The notes: a model not told the origin generated them from the sequence alone. A DNA stretch of 64,000 bases from Candidatus Geocrenenecus huangii (GCA_023254095.1 JALNLM010000001.1:32001-96000); one strand, 5' to 3'. Positions 30,539-40,779 are shown, counted from the first letter of the stretch. A program made the numbers and translations.

Positions 30539-30922
30539 ATGAAGATTAGGATTGAGGCCGAGGTTTACCCTACTGAAAGTAGTGAAAAAGTCATCCAGGC
30601 GGCGAAGAACTTGTTCCCAACCATTAATTTCTATCTAGAGGATAGGGGAGGTGTACAGATCGTAGTCGGCGAGGGAGCCGGTCTAGAATCTCTAGAGAAT
30701 TTAAAGAACATGTTTAGGAACAGGAGGATTAGAGCTGCTGCGAGAAGTATTCTGAGACAGTCTAACCTTAATGGCAGAATGGTATTCCATATGAATAAGC
30801 AGGCAGCCTATGCTAGGCAGGCATCTTTCACTGAACCTTTTACGGAATCTCCTCTACCTCCGATAAAAGTAGAAGTAGAAGCCGACGACATAGATAAGTT
30901 GATTGAATGGTTAACCGAGTAG
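30539..30922 (+). CDS. DUF54/UPF0201 putative RNA-binding protein
   Basis: EAEVYPTE..EKV..A..NLFP, IRAAAR, NKQAA, ESPLPPI, LIEWL. Confidence 0.88.
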   Translation: MKIRIEAEVYPTESSEKVIQAAKNLFPTINFYLEDRGGVQIVVGEGAGLESLENLKNMFRNRRIRAAARSILRQSNLNGRMVFHMNKQAAYARQASFTEPFTESPLPPIKVEVEADDIDKLIEWLTE

Positions 30923-30944
30923 GATAAGAGCGGGTTCCGACGAT

Positions 30945-31865
30945 CTAATCAGTGTATGGGACCTCATATACATGGAAGTCTTCTGCAAGAAACGTCTCGG
31001 GGAATATCCTTAAAGCTTCTAGAAGTAGCTTCTCTGAATTGTTTTCGTATCGAGGGCTTATATGGAATAAATATAGCCTTTTCACTCTTGCTTTTCTAGC
31101 AATCTCAGCCGCTTGTCTTGAAGTTGAATGTCCCTGTTCTGCAGCTTCTCTCTCATAACTTGAATCAAACGTTGAGTCATGAATCAATACTTCCGCTTCT
31201 CTCGCAAATTCAGCAATCCTCTCATCAGGAGAAGTATCTCCTGTATAGACTATCTTTCTACCGGGACGTGGCGGTCCGACAGCTTCTTCAGGCATAATAG
31301 TCTTTCCACCCCATTCAACCGGTTCTCCTCTCTGAAGCCTCCCCCACAAAGGTCCTCGAGGTAGCCCGACGCTTTCAAGAAAACCTACATTCATTCTTCC
31401 AACCCTACTCTTCTCTCTAAACATGTAGCAGAAGGCCTCGATCGTGTGATTAGACCTAATGGCCTCAACTTCATACTCTTTCGATTGATGTATTAATCCC
31501 TCACTACATCTTTTAACTTCTACTTCAAACTGTATTTTTCCATATCTAGTTTCCTCAAACATTTCTATGAGGTCTTCTATCCCTCTAGGTCCATAGACTG
31601 TGATGGGTTCTTTCCTATTCAGCATAGAGAGAGTATAAAGTAGGCCTGGCAGGCCTAATACGTGATCTCCATGAAGATGTGTTATGAATATGGTGAATCT
31701 GCTCTTGAATCCTACGCCTGCTTTCATCATCTGCCTCTGGGTTGATTCTCCACAATCGAATAGTATAAGCTCCCCACCATAGTTTACAGCGATTGATGGG
31801 AGACTCCTGCTAACGCTTGGAGTACCCCCGCTTGTACCGAGGAAAGTAAGCCTCAACGTACTCAT
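30945..31865 (-). CDS. rnz: ribonuclease Z
   Basis: FLGTSGGTP, FDCGE, THLHGDHVLG, GP exosite, YTGDT, HDST, GHST, HISPRY. Confidence 0.97.
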   Translation of the reverse strand: MSTLRLTFLGTSGGTPSVSRSLPSIAVNYGGELILFDCGESTQRQMMKAGVGFKSRFTIFITHLHGDHVLGLPGLLYTLSMLNRKEPITVYGPRGIEDLIEMFEETRYGKIQFEVEVKRCSEGLIHQSKEYEVEAIRSNHTIEAFCYMFREKSRVGRMNVGFLESVGLPRGPLWGRLQRGEPVEWGGKTIMPEEAVGPPRPGRKIVYTGDTSPDERIAEFAREAEVLIHDSTFDSSYEREAAEQGHSTSRQAAEIARKARVKRLYLFHISPRYENNSEKLLLEALRIFPETFLAEDFHVYEVPYTD

Positions 31866-32893
31866 ACATACACCATTATTTTTCTTATCAGACTTCTATG
31901 TATTCTTATCTTATAATATTCTTGTAACCTGTATCCTGCGTCCGTTGCAATGTCCTCAATGCTTATTTCCTCAGGTGTCACCAAGGCTATTGTGCTTTCA
32001 TCCTTAAGGTGTTCTTTTGCTTCGAAGAAAAATGCTTCTAGTAAGTTGGTTAAAGAATAACCTAGTACCGTTGTTGACCTTCCATAGGGCGGGTCTGTAA
32101 CCACACTATCAAAGAATCTCCTAAACATTAGTTTCCTAGCGTCTCCTACAATTATGTTTTCTAGACCCGGAGTGTAGTATCTTAGATTTCTTAAAGATCC
32201 CAAAGCTATCCACTTCTTCAGTTCTACGCCGTAGACTTCGTATCCGAGAAGTATCGCTTCGACCATTATTCCTCCTGTCCCAGAGAATGGATCTAGTATC
32301 CTACCACCGATCTTCGTTCGACTTAGATTGACTAAACATCTTGAAAGGTCGGGTTGCATAGCAGAGGGTAGTGTGAATGGCCTTCTCCCCGCAACCCTAT
32401 AGTAGAAGAATCTTTTAGGTTTAGTCTTTCTTATTACTCCTATGTATGTTTTTTCAGGAGATGAAATGAACGTTACTGTGTAATCCGGATTTCTTAGATC
32501 TACTTTTAGATCAGGTATGCTATCGATTATTAGGCTTCCAATCTCTTTCTCAAGCTCTGTTTTTCTAAGGCTTACACCATCTATGGTTACCCCCCTCACG
32601 AGTATGGTCGAATCGGATTGGACAATATCTTTAATTGTGGAAATATCAACTGCAGATAAGATGTCTTTTTCAGTAGTCTCCGTCTCGAATAGTAGCTGAG
32701 CCGACATCTTCGTATACGCAGTTCTATCCACGACCTCTCCTGCAACGCTGCCTAATGTTTCCGCGATGAGTATTCTTCCTTCTCTCTTGAGTATCTTATG
32801 CTGTGGGTGGAGTAGAGATAATACTGCTTTAATCTCTCCGAAAGGTAATTCTTTATCAACACCTGATAACAAGAAAAGATATCTTTCATCCAT
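31862..32893 (-). CDS. tRNA G10 N2-methyltransferase (Trm11/TrmG10, THUMP + MTase)
   Basis: VDLRNPD, RRPF..PSAM, LDPFSGTGG, TDPPYGRS. Confidence 0.9.
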   Translation of the reverse strand: MDERYLFLLSGVDKELPFGEIKAVLSLLHPQHKILKREGRILIAETLGSVAGEVVDRTAYTKMSAQLLFETETTEKDILSAVDISTIKDIVQSDSTILVRGVTIDGVSLRKTELEKEIGSLIIDSIPDLKVDLRNPDYTVTFISSPEKTYIGVIRKTKPKRFFYYRVAGRRPFTLPSAMQPDLSRCLVNLSRTKIGGRILDPFSGTGGIMVEAILLGYEVYGVELKKWIALGSLRNLRYYTPGLENIIVGDARKLMFRRFFDSVVTDPPYGRSTTVLGYSLTNLLEAFFFEAKEHLKDESTIALVTPEEISIEDIATDAGYRLQEYYKIRIHRSLIRKIMVYV

Positions 32894-33776
32894 ACTTTTT
32901 CTTTAGTTCCTCGGAGATTATGCCTGCAACCGTGTATTCCGTAAACCTGTTCGGGACGGTGTCCGATGCTATTATCCTATCAGCGCCTGCGTTAAAGATT
33001 CTCTCGACTGCGTTACCAACTAACAGAGCATGAATACATGTTGCATAAATCTTCTTGAAGCCTCGCCTTTTCAGGAGCTTGATTAATTCAACCATCGTCC
33101 CACCCGTACTTATTATGTCGTCGACCACTATTGCTTCTATTCCTGGAAGACCGTCAAGTTCTACTTTTACCTGACCTGTGACCCTATCCCTTTCGGATTG
33201 AGCTGAAGCATATTCTACTCCTAGTTGTTCTGCTACCATCTTGGCCATATCTAGACCTTTCTTCCCGACGGAGATTACGACTGGCTTACTAAACCTGTGC
33301 TCCTTAATATGAGCCGCCAGAGGTTTCTCCCCTCTCAGGTCTATGATAGGGGTCGGCGATTCCTGGATTATCCAAGGACAATGAATGTTTACCGTGTATG
33401 TTTTCTTTAATCCTAGCTTGTGCAGTATCTTCAACAATGTCTTGAAGCTAACTGCTTCGCCATCTAAGAATCTCTTATCCTGCCTGGTATAAGCGAGATA
33501 AGGTGAAACTAGCTCAACTGAACTCGCCCCCAAGTCTAGTAAGGTATCAATAAGCAGAAATGTCTGGATTATGTGTGTATCCTGCGGTGGATGCATGCCT
33601 TGTATTATGACTACGTCCTCATTTTTCACAGATTTTTTTATCCTAATATAACTTTCAGAGTCTGGGAAGAATTTCTGTTCAACTTCTATAAGGTCTGCTT
33701 TCAAGATATTTGATATCTTGTAAGCGATTTCAAGAGATGATGGGCCAGCAACTAGCTCCATACAATATCTCTCCAC
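32886..33776 (-). CDS. prs: ribose-phosphate pyrophosphokinase homologue (atypical active site)
   Basis: FPDSESYIR, PYLAYTRQD, VDDIISTGGT, CIHAL, SDTVP. Confidence 0.88.
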   Translation of the reverse strand: MERYCMELVAGPSSLEIAYKISNILKADLIEVEQKFFPDSESYIRIKKSVKNEDVVIIQGMHPPQDTHIIQTFLLIDTLLDLGASSVELVSPYLAYTRQDKRFLDGEAVSFKTLLKILHKLGLKKTYTVNIHCPWIIQESPTPIIDLRGEKPLAAHIKEHRFSKPVVISVGKKGLDMAKMVAEQLGVEYASAQSERDRVTGQVKVELDGLPGIEAIVVDDIISTGGTMVELIKLLKRRGFKKIYATCIHALLVGNAVERIFNAGADRIIASDTVPNRFTEYTVAGIISEELKKKYG

Positions 33777-33780
33777 GGAT

Positions 33781-34485
33781 TTACATTAAAACTATTTCTA
33801 ATCTCTTATTGAACTTTCCTTTGTTGACGGTTTTTAATATCTTTATTCTCCCCACTTCTCTGGTATTCGATACGTGTGTTCCACCATCTAGTTGAGCGTC
33901 GAATCCTTCTATCTCAACTACTCTCAAGACAGGCAGATTCGGTATAAGCTCAGGTCTTATCCGAATCAGCTGGAGATTATTCACTAATTCTTCCCTCGGT
34001 ATAAACTTAATCTTGACATCTCTACCTTCATCTACAATCTTGTTCGCCTCAAACTCTATCCTCTCAACTTTTTCTTTACCTAGATCTTCTAAAGTGAAGT
34101 CTATTCTAGCTTTATCTTCACTGATCTGGCTTCCCGTTATGGTGGAATTGTATAAATGGTATACGACTCCTGCAAGAATATGTAACGCTGTATGATAACG
34201 CATGTGCTTGTATCTTTTCTCCCAATCTATTATGCCTCTCACTAACGTACCCTTACTAGGCATCAGCCCTTCTACTACGTGATATACATGCTCGTCTTTC
34301 TTTAAGACATTCTTGACCTGCGACCGATGCATCCCCCATTTTATCCAGCCTGAATCACTCGGTTGACCACCGCCTTCAGGATAAAATGCCGTCTTATCAA
34401 GTACGATACCTTCATCCTTCACGTTTATTACTATTGCTTCGAACTCACGAAGATAGCAATCTCTCAAGTAAAGAAGGTCGGTCAT
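33781..34485 (-). CDS. alanyl-tRNA editing protein AlaX-M
   Basis: LLYLRDCY, TAFYPEGGGQPSD, HTALH, DGGTHV. Confidence 0.93.
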   Translation of the reverse strand: MTDLLYLRDCYLREFEAIVINVKDEGIVLDKTAFYPEGGGQPSDSGWIKWGMHRSQVKNVLKKDEHVYHVVEGLMPSKGTLVRGIIDWEKRYKHMRYHTALHILAGVVYHLYNSTITGSQISEDKARIDFTLEDLGKEKVERIEFEANKIVDEGRDVKIKFIPREELVNNLQLIRIRPELIPNLPVLRVVEIEGFDAQLDGGTHVSNTREVGRIKILKTVNKGKFNKRLEIVLM

Positions 34486-34589
34486 TCCAGAAAATGTTGT
34501 TAAAGCTGGATGAAAAATATTTCCCACACATAGTCACTACAGCATGGAAAGAGATATTATATTTTAGTACCTTCTCTAAAAGATAATCT

Positions 34590-35090
34590 ATGAGCTTGGC
34601 GGGAGACGTATATAGAAGGATAAGATCCATCTTTGAAGATACGCCACACCGTTTCGGCTGGATAGATGAATATGTTGCAGGCTCAGGTAGACCCATAAAC
34701 TTCGACCAAGTTAAATGGGTGAGGGAAAAGGGAATCACCATGATAATATCATTAACTGAGTCGCCTTTACCGGATGAATGGACGAGAACTCTTAGCATAA
34801 AGTATATGCATTTTCCGATAAAAGATCACTCGGCTCCTTCCGTAGAGGTCTTGGAGAGGATAGTCAATGAAGTAATAAAGGAGGTTGAGGCTGGGGGCAG
34901 AGTGCTAGTTCATTGTGCAGCCGGTCTAGGTAGAACAGGGACGGCTCTTGCATCATACTTGATAGCTAAGAAGAAGATCCCGCCTGAAGAAGCTATAAGC
35001 ATTATTAGAAAGATTAGACCTGGTTCAATTGAACAGAATCAAGAGAAATCGGTATACGAGTTCTATAGGAGATTGAATGAGCTTAGATAA
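34590..35090 (+). CDS. dual-specificity protein phosphatase
   Basis: HCAAGLGRTG P-loop, PIKD, RPGSIE. Confidence 0.93.
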   Translation: MSLAGDVYRRIRSIFEDTPHRFGWIDEYVAGSGRPINFDQVKWVREKGITMIISLTESPLPDEWTRTLSIKYMHFPIKDHSAPSVEVLERIVNEVIKEVEAGGRVLVHCAAGLGRTGTALASYLIAKKKIPPEEAISIIRKIRPGSIEQNQEKSVYEFYRRLNELR

Positions 35091-35104
35091 TCTATCGATC
35101 TTGT

Positions 35105-37240
35105 CTAGACCTGTTCAAGTATCTTCTCAGCTATCCTTCTACCTATTCCCAAGACTCTCGTTAAGTCTTCGACTGTTACAGCTCTAAGCTTTTCTATAGA
35201 TGTGTATCCAGCTCTGTATAATGCTCTCGCTCTAACTCTTCCTATGCCCTTCAATCTAGTAAGAGGTAAGAGTTCTTCTCTAACACCGTGCTTGATCCTC
35301 TCCGACAGCTTCTCGAAAGGTATGACGAACCTTGTATTTCCAGAAACCTTAGCTATCTGAGATGCTGAGTATGCAATCCATTCAGCGGTTTCTCTTAAAG
35401 CGGCCATGTCTCCAGGCTGTACACCGAATCTATCGTATAGCTCCGCTTCCGGAAGTTCTTCTATCCATCCTTCTAGCACCATTGATAGCCTTACGGCATC
35501 GAGGTATTCATCATAATTGGGGTCATCGGCATCTGCTGGAGGAATAATCATCCCATCTCTATATTTCTCTACATACTCTTCTAGAATTGAGGTGCTTAAT
35601 TTCTTCATGGGTATTCTTGGGACCTCAGGAGTAAAAGCAATTAGATGCAGCATCCCGAACGTGTTCACTATGGAGCCGGCTTTCTCAAAATTTTCAAGCA
35701 ATATCTTAGCTGTTAGAGGATCAATGTACAGTTGGGAGACCCTAACTCCAAGCTTCGTAGCTCTTAAGCGATTTCCATCTATCTCAATAAATCTATATGA
35801 CTTCAGAAACTCTAGAGTTGACTCTATCTTGCTCCTTACAACCCTTGAACCGTATAGGTAACCTAGGTAGGTTTCTTCAAAGAATCTCAGCAGGTTGGAG
35901 ATACTTTCAACCTCAGCCGAAGATATTATCGCCAGAACATGTGTTCTCAAATGCTTTTCTGAAGATAATCTAGAAACGATCTTCTCAAGCTCGCCGTTGA
36001 CGTATTCTTGGATAATGTAGTTCTTTTCCTCTTCCGTCCTAGATATTGTTACAGCGTATCCTATCTCATCGTATCTAGGTCTACCAGCTCTACCGCAGAA
36101 TTGTTTATACTCTATCACGGGGATCTTCTGGTATCCATATCCGGGAACATACCTCTTAACCTCAGTTATCAAGACCATTCTAGCAGGGAGGTTTACTCCC
36201 GCAGCCAGAGTTGGCGTGGCTACGACGGTTTTCAAAACCCTGTTTCTGAAAGCTTCTTCAATTATCTTTCTATGATAAGAGGCCAACCCAGCGTGATGGA
36301 ATGCTGCACCCGCTTCTACAAGCCTAGCTAGATTTTCAGTAAAGCCGCTTCTCTCTTCCGATATTAGTTCAGTTGAATATTCTCTAAGCATCTCTCTTTC
36401 CTCCCATGAAATTATGTCTAGTCTTTCATTAAATGCTTGAGCTATCTTGTATGCGTAGTCTTCAGCTTTCTTTCTCGTGGAAGCGAAGACTAAGACTTGA
36501 CCACCCTCCTCGACTATGTTTAGGATAGCATTTACAACCACATTCTTGTGGAGGACATTCAATTCCTTGATTTCTCCATCTTCGAATTCGATCGTAGAAT
36601 CAGTCAATACTCCTTCCTTCAACGGGACAGGCCTCCAATCTGACTTGATAACCTTTGCGTTTAACCATTCACCTAAGTCCTCTGCATTGCTTATCGTTGC
36701 GCTTAACCCAATATACTGAGCTTTAGGCAGTATTCTTCTAAGTCTCGTTATTACGATCTCTAATGTGGGGCCACGTTCACTATCATTTACTAGGTGGAGT
36801 TCATCTAATATAACAAGTGATATATCTTTGATCCATTGAGCTCCATGCCTTAAGAGGCTGTCAGCTTTCTCGTTCGTTGATACAATAATATCGAATGTTT
36901 GAAGCCATGGATCTGAAGAATCATAATCACCTGTAGAGATGGCTGACTTAAAACTTGAGCCAGTACATAAGATATCGTTAATCTCTACGATTTTCTCAGA
37001 TGCTAGAGCTCTTAGAGGGACTAGATATAGGACTTTACCCCCTCTAGATAGATGGGTCGATGCAGCGAGGAGAGCGGCTAAAGTCTTACCTGAAGCGGTT
37101 GGAGTAGAAAGTATGATATTCTCTCCTTCAAGTATTCCTGCTTTAATAGCTTCTTCCTGAGGGGGATAAAGTTCGGTAACGTTTTTCTTAGCGAGATTGT
37201 CCAATACGTATTTCGGGACAGGCAGTTCTCTTAGGTTCAA
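35105..37240 (-). CDS. hel308: Ski2-like DNA helicase Hel308
   Basis: LYPPQ, PTASGKT, DELH, HHAGL, TPTLAAGVNLPA, GRAGRP, GIGRVRARAL. Confidence 0.95.
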   Translation of the reverse strand: MNLRELPVPKYVLDNLAKKNVTELYPPQEEAIKAGILEGENIILSTPTASGKTLAALLAASTHLSRGGKVLYLVPLRALASEKIVEINDILCTGSSFKSAISTGDYDSSDPWLQTFDIIVSTNEKADSLLRHGAQWIKDISLVILDELHLVNDSERGPTLEIVITRLRRILPKAQYIGLSATISNAEDLGEWLNAKVIKSDWRPVPLKEGVLTDSTIEFEDGEIKELNVLHKNVVVNAILNIVEEGGQVLVFASTRKKAEDYAYKIAQAFNERLDIISWEEREMLREYSTELISEERSGFTENLARLVEAGAAFHHAGLASYHRKIIEEAFRNRVLKTVVATPTLAAGVNLPARMVLITEVKRYVPGYGYQKIPVIEYKQFCGRAGRPRYDEIGYAVTISRTEEEKNYIIQEYVNGELEKIVSRLSSEKHLRTHVLAIISSAEVESISNLLRFFEETYLGYLYGSRVVRSKIESTLEFLKSYRFIEIDGNRLRATKLGVRVSQLYIDPLTAKILLENFEKAGSIVNTFGMLHLIAFTPEVPRIPMKKLSTSILEEYVEKYRDGMIIPPADADDPNYDEYLDAVRLSMVLEGWIEELPEAELYDRFGVQPGDMAALRETAEWIAYSASQIAKVSGNTRFVIPFEKLSERIKHGVREELLPLTRLKGIGRVRARALYRAGYTSIEKLRAVTVEDLTRVLGIGRRIAEKILEQV

Positions 37241-37432
37241 TTAAGTCTTCCTCCAAATATTTTCTGAGTTGCTATGAGTAGATAAAGTATTTCCATCGTT
37301 TCTCATATAGTCTTCTACCGGAAGTTCCTCATGCTCTCTCGGTAAGTAATCTGAGAAGACGCTGGCCAGAGTTTTATCCAAACTATTAAGAACATGGATG
37401 TCTCCATTCTCAGAGAATCCCAGTATTTTTGT

Positions 37433-39454
37433 TTATGTCAATCTGTATATTCCAGGTTTAGGAGTGAATAGTTTTCCGTCGCTAAGCAACCTGTTTAAGA
37501 TCATCTTGATCTCTTGATCATCTATTCCGTACTCTTTTAGAGCTTCTCTAAGTTCGGCATCTTCCACGTATCCTTTCTTTTCCTGGATCTCTCCTATGAT
37601 CTTCAGGACAGTGCTAAACTTGTCTCTAATGCTCTTCGGCTTCCCGGTCAATATAACATCTATATCTGGTTTTCCCGTCTCGACATCTATGCCAACCTCT
37701 GACAAGCTTTTCTTCATTAGGTCAATAACGTCTAGTGCATCTTCTTCGGTAACGTAATCTCTTAGAGCGGCTCTAGCTCTTGCTTCAGCTAACCGGATCA
37801 AGGATTCGAGTTGACGAGCTGTAATAGCTATGGTTGAAGTCTGCTGGTATATGCTTCTCATCTGAAGATAGAAGTTTTCTATGAGTTTAGCTGCACGTGG
37901 AGATAACTCAGGCTGAATCCTCTTAGCGTATGCAATATATTTTTTCAAGACTTCAGGTTCTATCGGAGGCTCCGAGGATGGCGTAGACCTACTCTGTAAG
38001 CTGAGAATATGTGTAGCGATTTTCTGATCCTGCTCTGGGATAGGCTCATCCCTAAGCACGAATATCAAATCGAATCTTGACAGTATCGTGATTGGTAGAT
38101 TGACGTTGACGGTGAAGGATTCGTAGGGGTTGTATCTTCCAAGCTCTGGATTCGCTGCTGCAAGTATGGAGGTTCTAGCATTTAAGGTGGCCACGATTCC
38201 TCCTTTCGCGATGCTGATCGTCTGCTGTGCCATCGCTTCATGTATAGCGACTCTATCTTCAGGCCTCATCTTGTCGATTTCATCTACGCAGCAGACACCC
38301 ATGTCGGCTAAGACCAGAGCGCCAGCCTCCAAGATCATGTTTCCTCCCTTGTCTTTTACAACAGCTGCTGTTAATCCGGCTGCTGTAGACCCTCTACCTG
38401 ATGTGTAGACTCCTCTGGGCGCTATCTGTGCTGCGTATCTTAATAGCTGGCTCTTACCTGTTCCAGGATCTCCGACTAGTAGAACATGTATATCTCCTCT
38501 TACTTTTACACCATCTGGGAATTGTTTCGTCCTTCCACCGAAGAGTGCTAGCATTATTGCCTTCTTGATGTGTTCTAAACCATATATGGATGGAGCTATG
38601 CTTTCTATAAGTTTTTGATGTATGTCTGGAGAACGGGACATTTCTCTAAACATTTTTTCTTCTTCGGGAGTTATCTGGAGTGCCTCAGGTTCCTTGCTTG
38701 CTGTCTCTATACTTACTGCTTCAAGATACATTTTCGAGGTCCTTAATGGTGCTTCGACCGCCCTCTCTTGTATTGCATAAAGTATTCCCGTTACTATTAC
38801 TCTGTCGCCTGGTCTAGCTTTATCTACTAAGTCCCCCCTTAACCCTATGTCCAAACTTCTAGGCAGCTGGCCAGGCGGCAGGTCTTCCGGCTTCTCCTGA
38901 ACACCAATTATTTGGTAGTCATAGTATTCACTCTTATCTTCTAGTAACTCGAATTTCTGCTTTCTTCCTCTACACTTTATACTATTACATGATTCGGGTA
39001 GGATTAGTCTCTGACCATCTTGTGAGATAGTCTGTTCAGTGCCGCATGCTCTACATTTGAAGACGGCGGTCTTTATGATAGGCTTAACTGAGCTGGCTCT
39101 CACAACCAGTCCATCGACAGCGATGAGTTTTCTCAAATGTGATGTTCTTATATCTCTAATCAACATAACCTCCGGGATATTGTATATTCTTACTTTGAAT
39201 TCCTTGACCTGACTAGCGTACTCGGGATCTTCTATTCTCAGTTGATTCCATGCGGCCTTCTCGAGTAGAGGCAGGTACTTCAATGGTTCGTTCACGACTA
39301 GGTGACTTAATTCTTCATCGAAGATTATTAAGTCGTTGAAGTCTAGAGCTATACTCGTCGCTCTCTGAGCTGCAGACCTCGCTATTATTGAACGGTATTT
39401 CTCCTGCTTGAAGAACTCATTAATCCTGTCTTCAATACGTGCGATGCTACTCAT
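37433..39454 (-). CDS. mcm: replicative helicase MCM
   Basis: Zn finger, GDPGTGKSQ, AAGLTAAV, DEIDKM, SRFD, TARQLE; start ATG 39454. Confidence 0.98.
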   Translation of the reverse strand: MSSIARIEDRINEFFKQEKYRSIIARSAAQRATSIALDFNDLIIFDEELSHLVVNEPLKYLPLLEKAAWNQLRIEDPEYASQVKEFKVRIYNIPEVMLIRDIRTSHLRKLIAVDGLVVRASSVKPIIKTAVFKCRACGTEQTISQDGQRLILPESCNSIKCRGRKQKFELLEDKSEYYDYQIIGVQEKPEDLPPGQLPRSLDIGLRGDLVDKARPGDRVIVTGILYAIQERAVEAPLRTSKMYLEAVSIETASKEPEALQITPEEEKMFREMSRSPDIHQKLIESIAPSIYGLEHIKKAIMLALFGGRTKQFPDGVKVRGDIHVLLVGDPGTGKSQLLRYAAQIAPRGVYTSGRGSTAAGLTAAVVKDKGGNMILEAGALVLADMGVCCVDEIDKMRPEDRVAIHEAMAQQTISIAKGGIVATLNARTSILAAANPELGRYNPYESFTVNVNLPITILSRFDLIFVLRDEPIPEQDQKIATHILSLQSRSTPSSEPPIEPEVLKKYIAYAKRIQPELSPRAAKLIENFYLQMRSIYQQTSTIAITARQLESLIRLAEARARAALRDYVTEEDALDVIDLMKKSLSEVGIDVETGKPDIDVILTGKPKSIRDKFSTVLKIIGEIQEKKGYVEDAELREALKEYGIDDQEIKMILNRLLSDGKLFTPKPGIYRLT

Positions 39455-39456
39455 TT

Positions 39457-39987
39457 CTACTTCACCCCTACAGGCGAGGCCGACTTCAACCATTCGTCGA
39501 TTATATTCCTTAAAGTATCATAGAGCAGCTCTTCTTCTCTCGTAAGATTTTCAACCAAGCTTACGTCAATCCTCTTAGATGCGAATCCAAGTATCTTGTT
39601 AAGCCTTAAAGAGATTATATCAACTATTATGTTCTTTGTATTCTGGTCTAGCCTATCCATGTCTTCTCTGGACATTAGATAGAAATATCTGGGTAGTTCT
39701 TGTAATTCTCCAGGATTGTTTTTCTCCTTCCATTCTAACTGTATCAGGGTCTTCAAATCCATGATCTTGTCTCCACACTCTACTATCCCTGCTTCCTCGA
39801 GTTTAGATGCCGCCCACTTGCTAATCGTCAAAGTGGCCCCCTTCCTCAGGTTCTCGAAGACTTTTCCAGGTAGAACGAGCCGCTGAACATCCTTCAGTAA
39901 CGTAACCTTCTTTTCAGAATTATCGTATTCCAGTTTTACTAACTCGAGCTGTTTCCTGAATTCTTGTATAATGGCTTCGACCCCCAT
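39457..39987 (-). CDS. GINS subunit (Gins23 type)
   Basis: W.A..L...G B-domain then LQELP..FY, R..KI, NLT.EE..LY; immediately upstream of mcm. Confidence 0.8.
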   Translation of the reverse strand: MGVEAIIQEFRKQLELVKLEYDNSEKKVTLLKDVQRLVLPGKVFENLRKGATLTISKWAASKLEEAGIVECGDKIMDLKTLIQLEWKEKNNPGELQELPRYFYLMSREDMDRLDQNTKNIIVDIISLRLNKILGFASKRIDVSLVENLTREEELLYDTLRNIIDEWLKSASPVGVK

Positions 39988-40149
39988 CTTCCCTGTAAAA
40001 AGTTGTAGGCAGTAGGATTTATCTAAGAGAGAGTACGCTGAAAATGAATTAGACAACAGTATTCGCTAAGAAATACTTTGAAATGACTTGGAATCCCAGA
40101 TAGAATAAAGTTAAACAAAAATACAGGCTTTACATAGAATATTCGTAGT

Positions 40150-40246
<97 letters not shown>

Positions 40247-40464
40247 TCCACTTCTGTAACCTATTTTGACATCTAAAATCACTCAAGAGATGATCTTTTG
40301 TCTACTTACTTCCATGATCTACCTCTACGAGGTCTTCCGGTAGAATATGTTTTATCGCTTTTTCATGATTTTCCATGCTTTATTTTATTGAGTCAGGGTG
40401 CATTTAGGGCATTCTACATAGTTTTCTCATGATATTGGATATAAGCAGGCTTGCTATCTATTTA

Positions 40465-40520
40465 GTTGATGATTGGAGTCCGGGTTCTGAAGAAGATGAT
40501 GAAGCCTGAAAGGGATGAAC
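40465..40520 (+). ncRNA. candidate box C/D guide sRNA
   Basis: C TTGATGA 40466-72, 14-nt guide, D' CTGA 40487-90, C' ATGATGA 40496-502, 12-nt guide, D-like ATGA 40515-18; TATAAG about 25 nt upstream. Confidence 0.6.
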
Positions 40521-40599
40521 CACATATTAGAAGACAAAACTCCTACTTAGCCTTTTTCCAAGCCAGTTAATCATTGAAGAGACATAGATATATTGAATG

Positions 40600-40715
40600 C
40601 GGGCCCGGCGGGCTTTGAACCCGCGACCCCCGGGTTTCTTCAACTCTAGGTTAAAAGCTTCACCAGAAGCTTCCCAGCTTCTTCCGGTGCTCTATCCTGG
40701 CTGAGCTACGGGCCC
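40600..40715 (-). tRNA. tRNA-Lys(TTT) with two introns (30/31: 40659-40683; 37/38: 40636-40651)
   Basis: Removing 25+16 nt gives a 75-nt cloverleaf GGGCCCG...CCGGG-CTTTTAA-CCCGG...CGGGCCCG. Confidence 0.92.
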
Positions 40716-40779
40716 CATCTACAATGCTAGATATAATGATTCAAATAAATATTTCTCTACATGGATCTGTTATGAATCT

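Noticed and set aside
33781-34485. AlaX with DGGTH instead of CGGTH
   Set aside because: To my knowledge Cys-to-Asp is a common variant in TACK AlaX-M proteins, so not evidence of inactivation
37241-37381. 46-codon TTG ORF between mcm and hel308
   Set aside because: Abuts the hel308 start but has no recognisable motif; cannot support without conservation data
40290-40430. Minus-strand fragment YVECPKC...KAWKIMKK resembling small Zn-ribbon/Cren7-like proteins
   Set aside because: Interrupted by several stops and too short to assign
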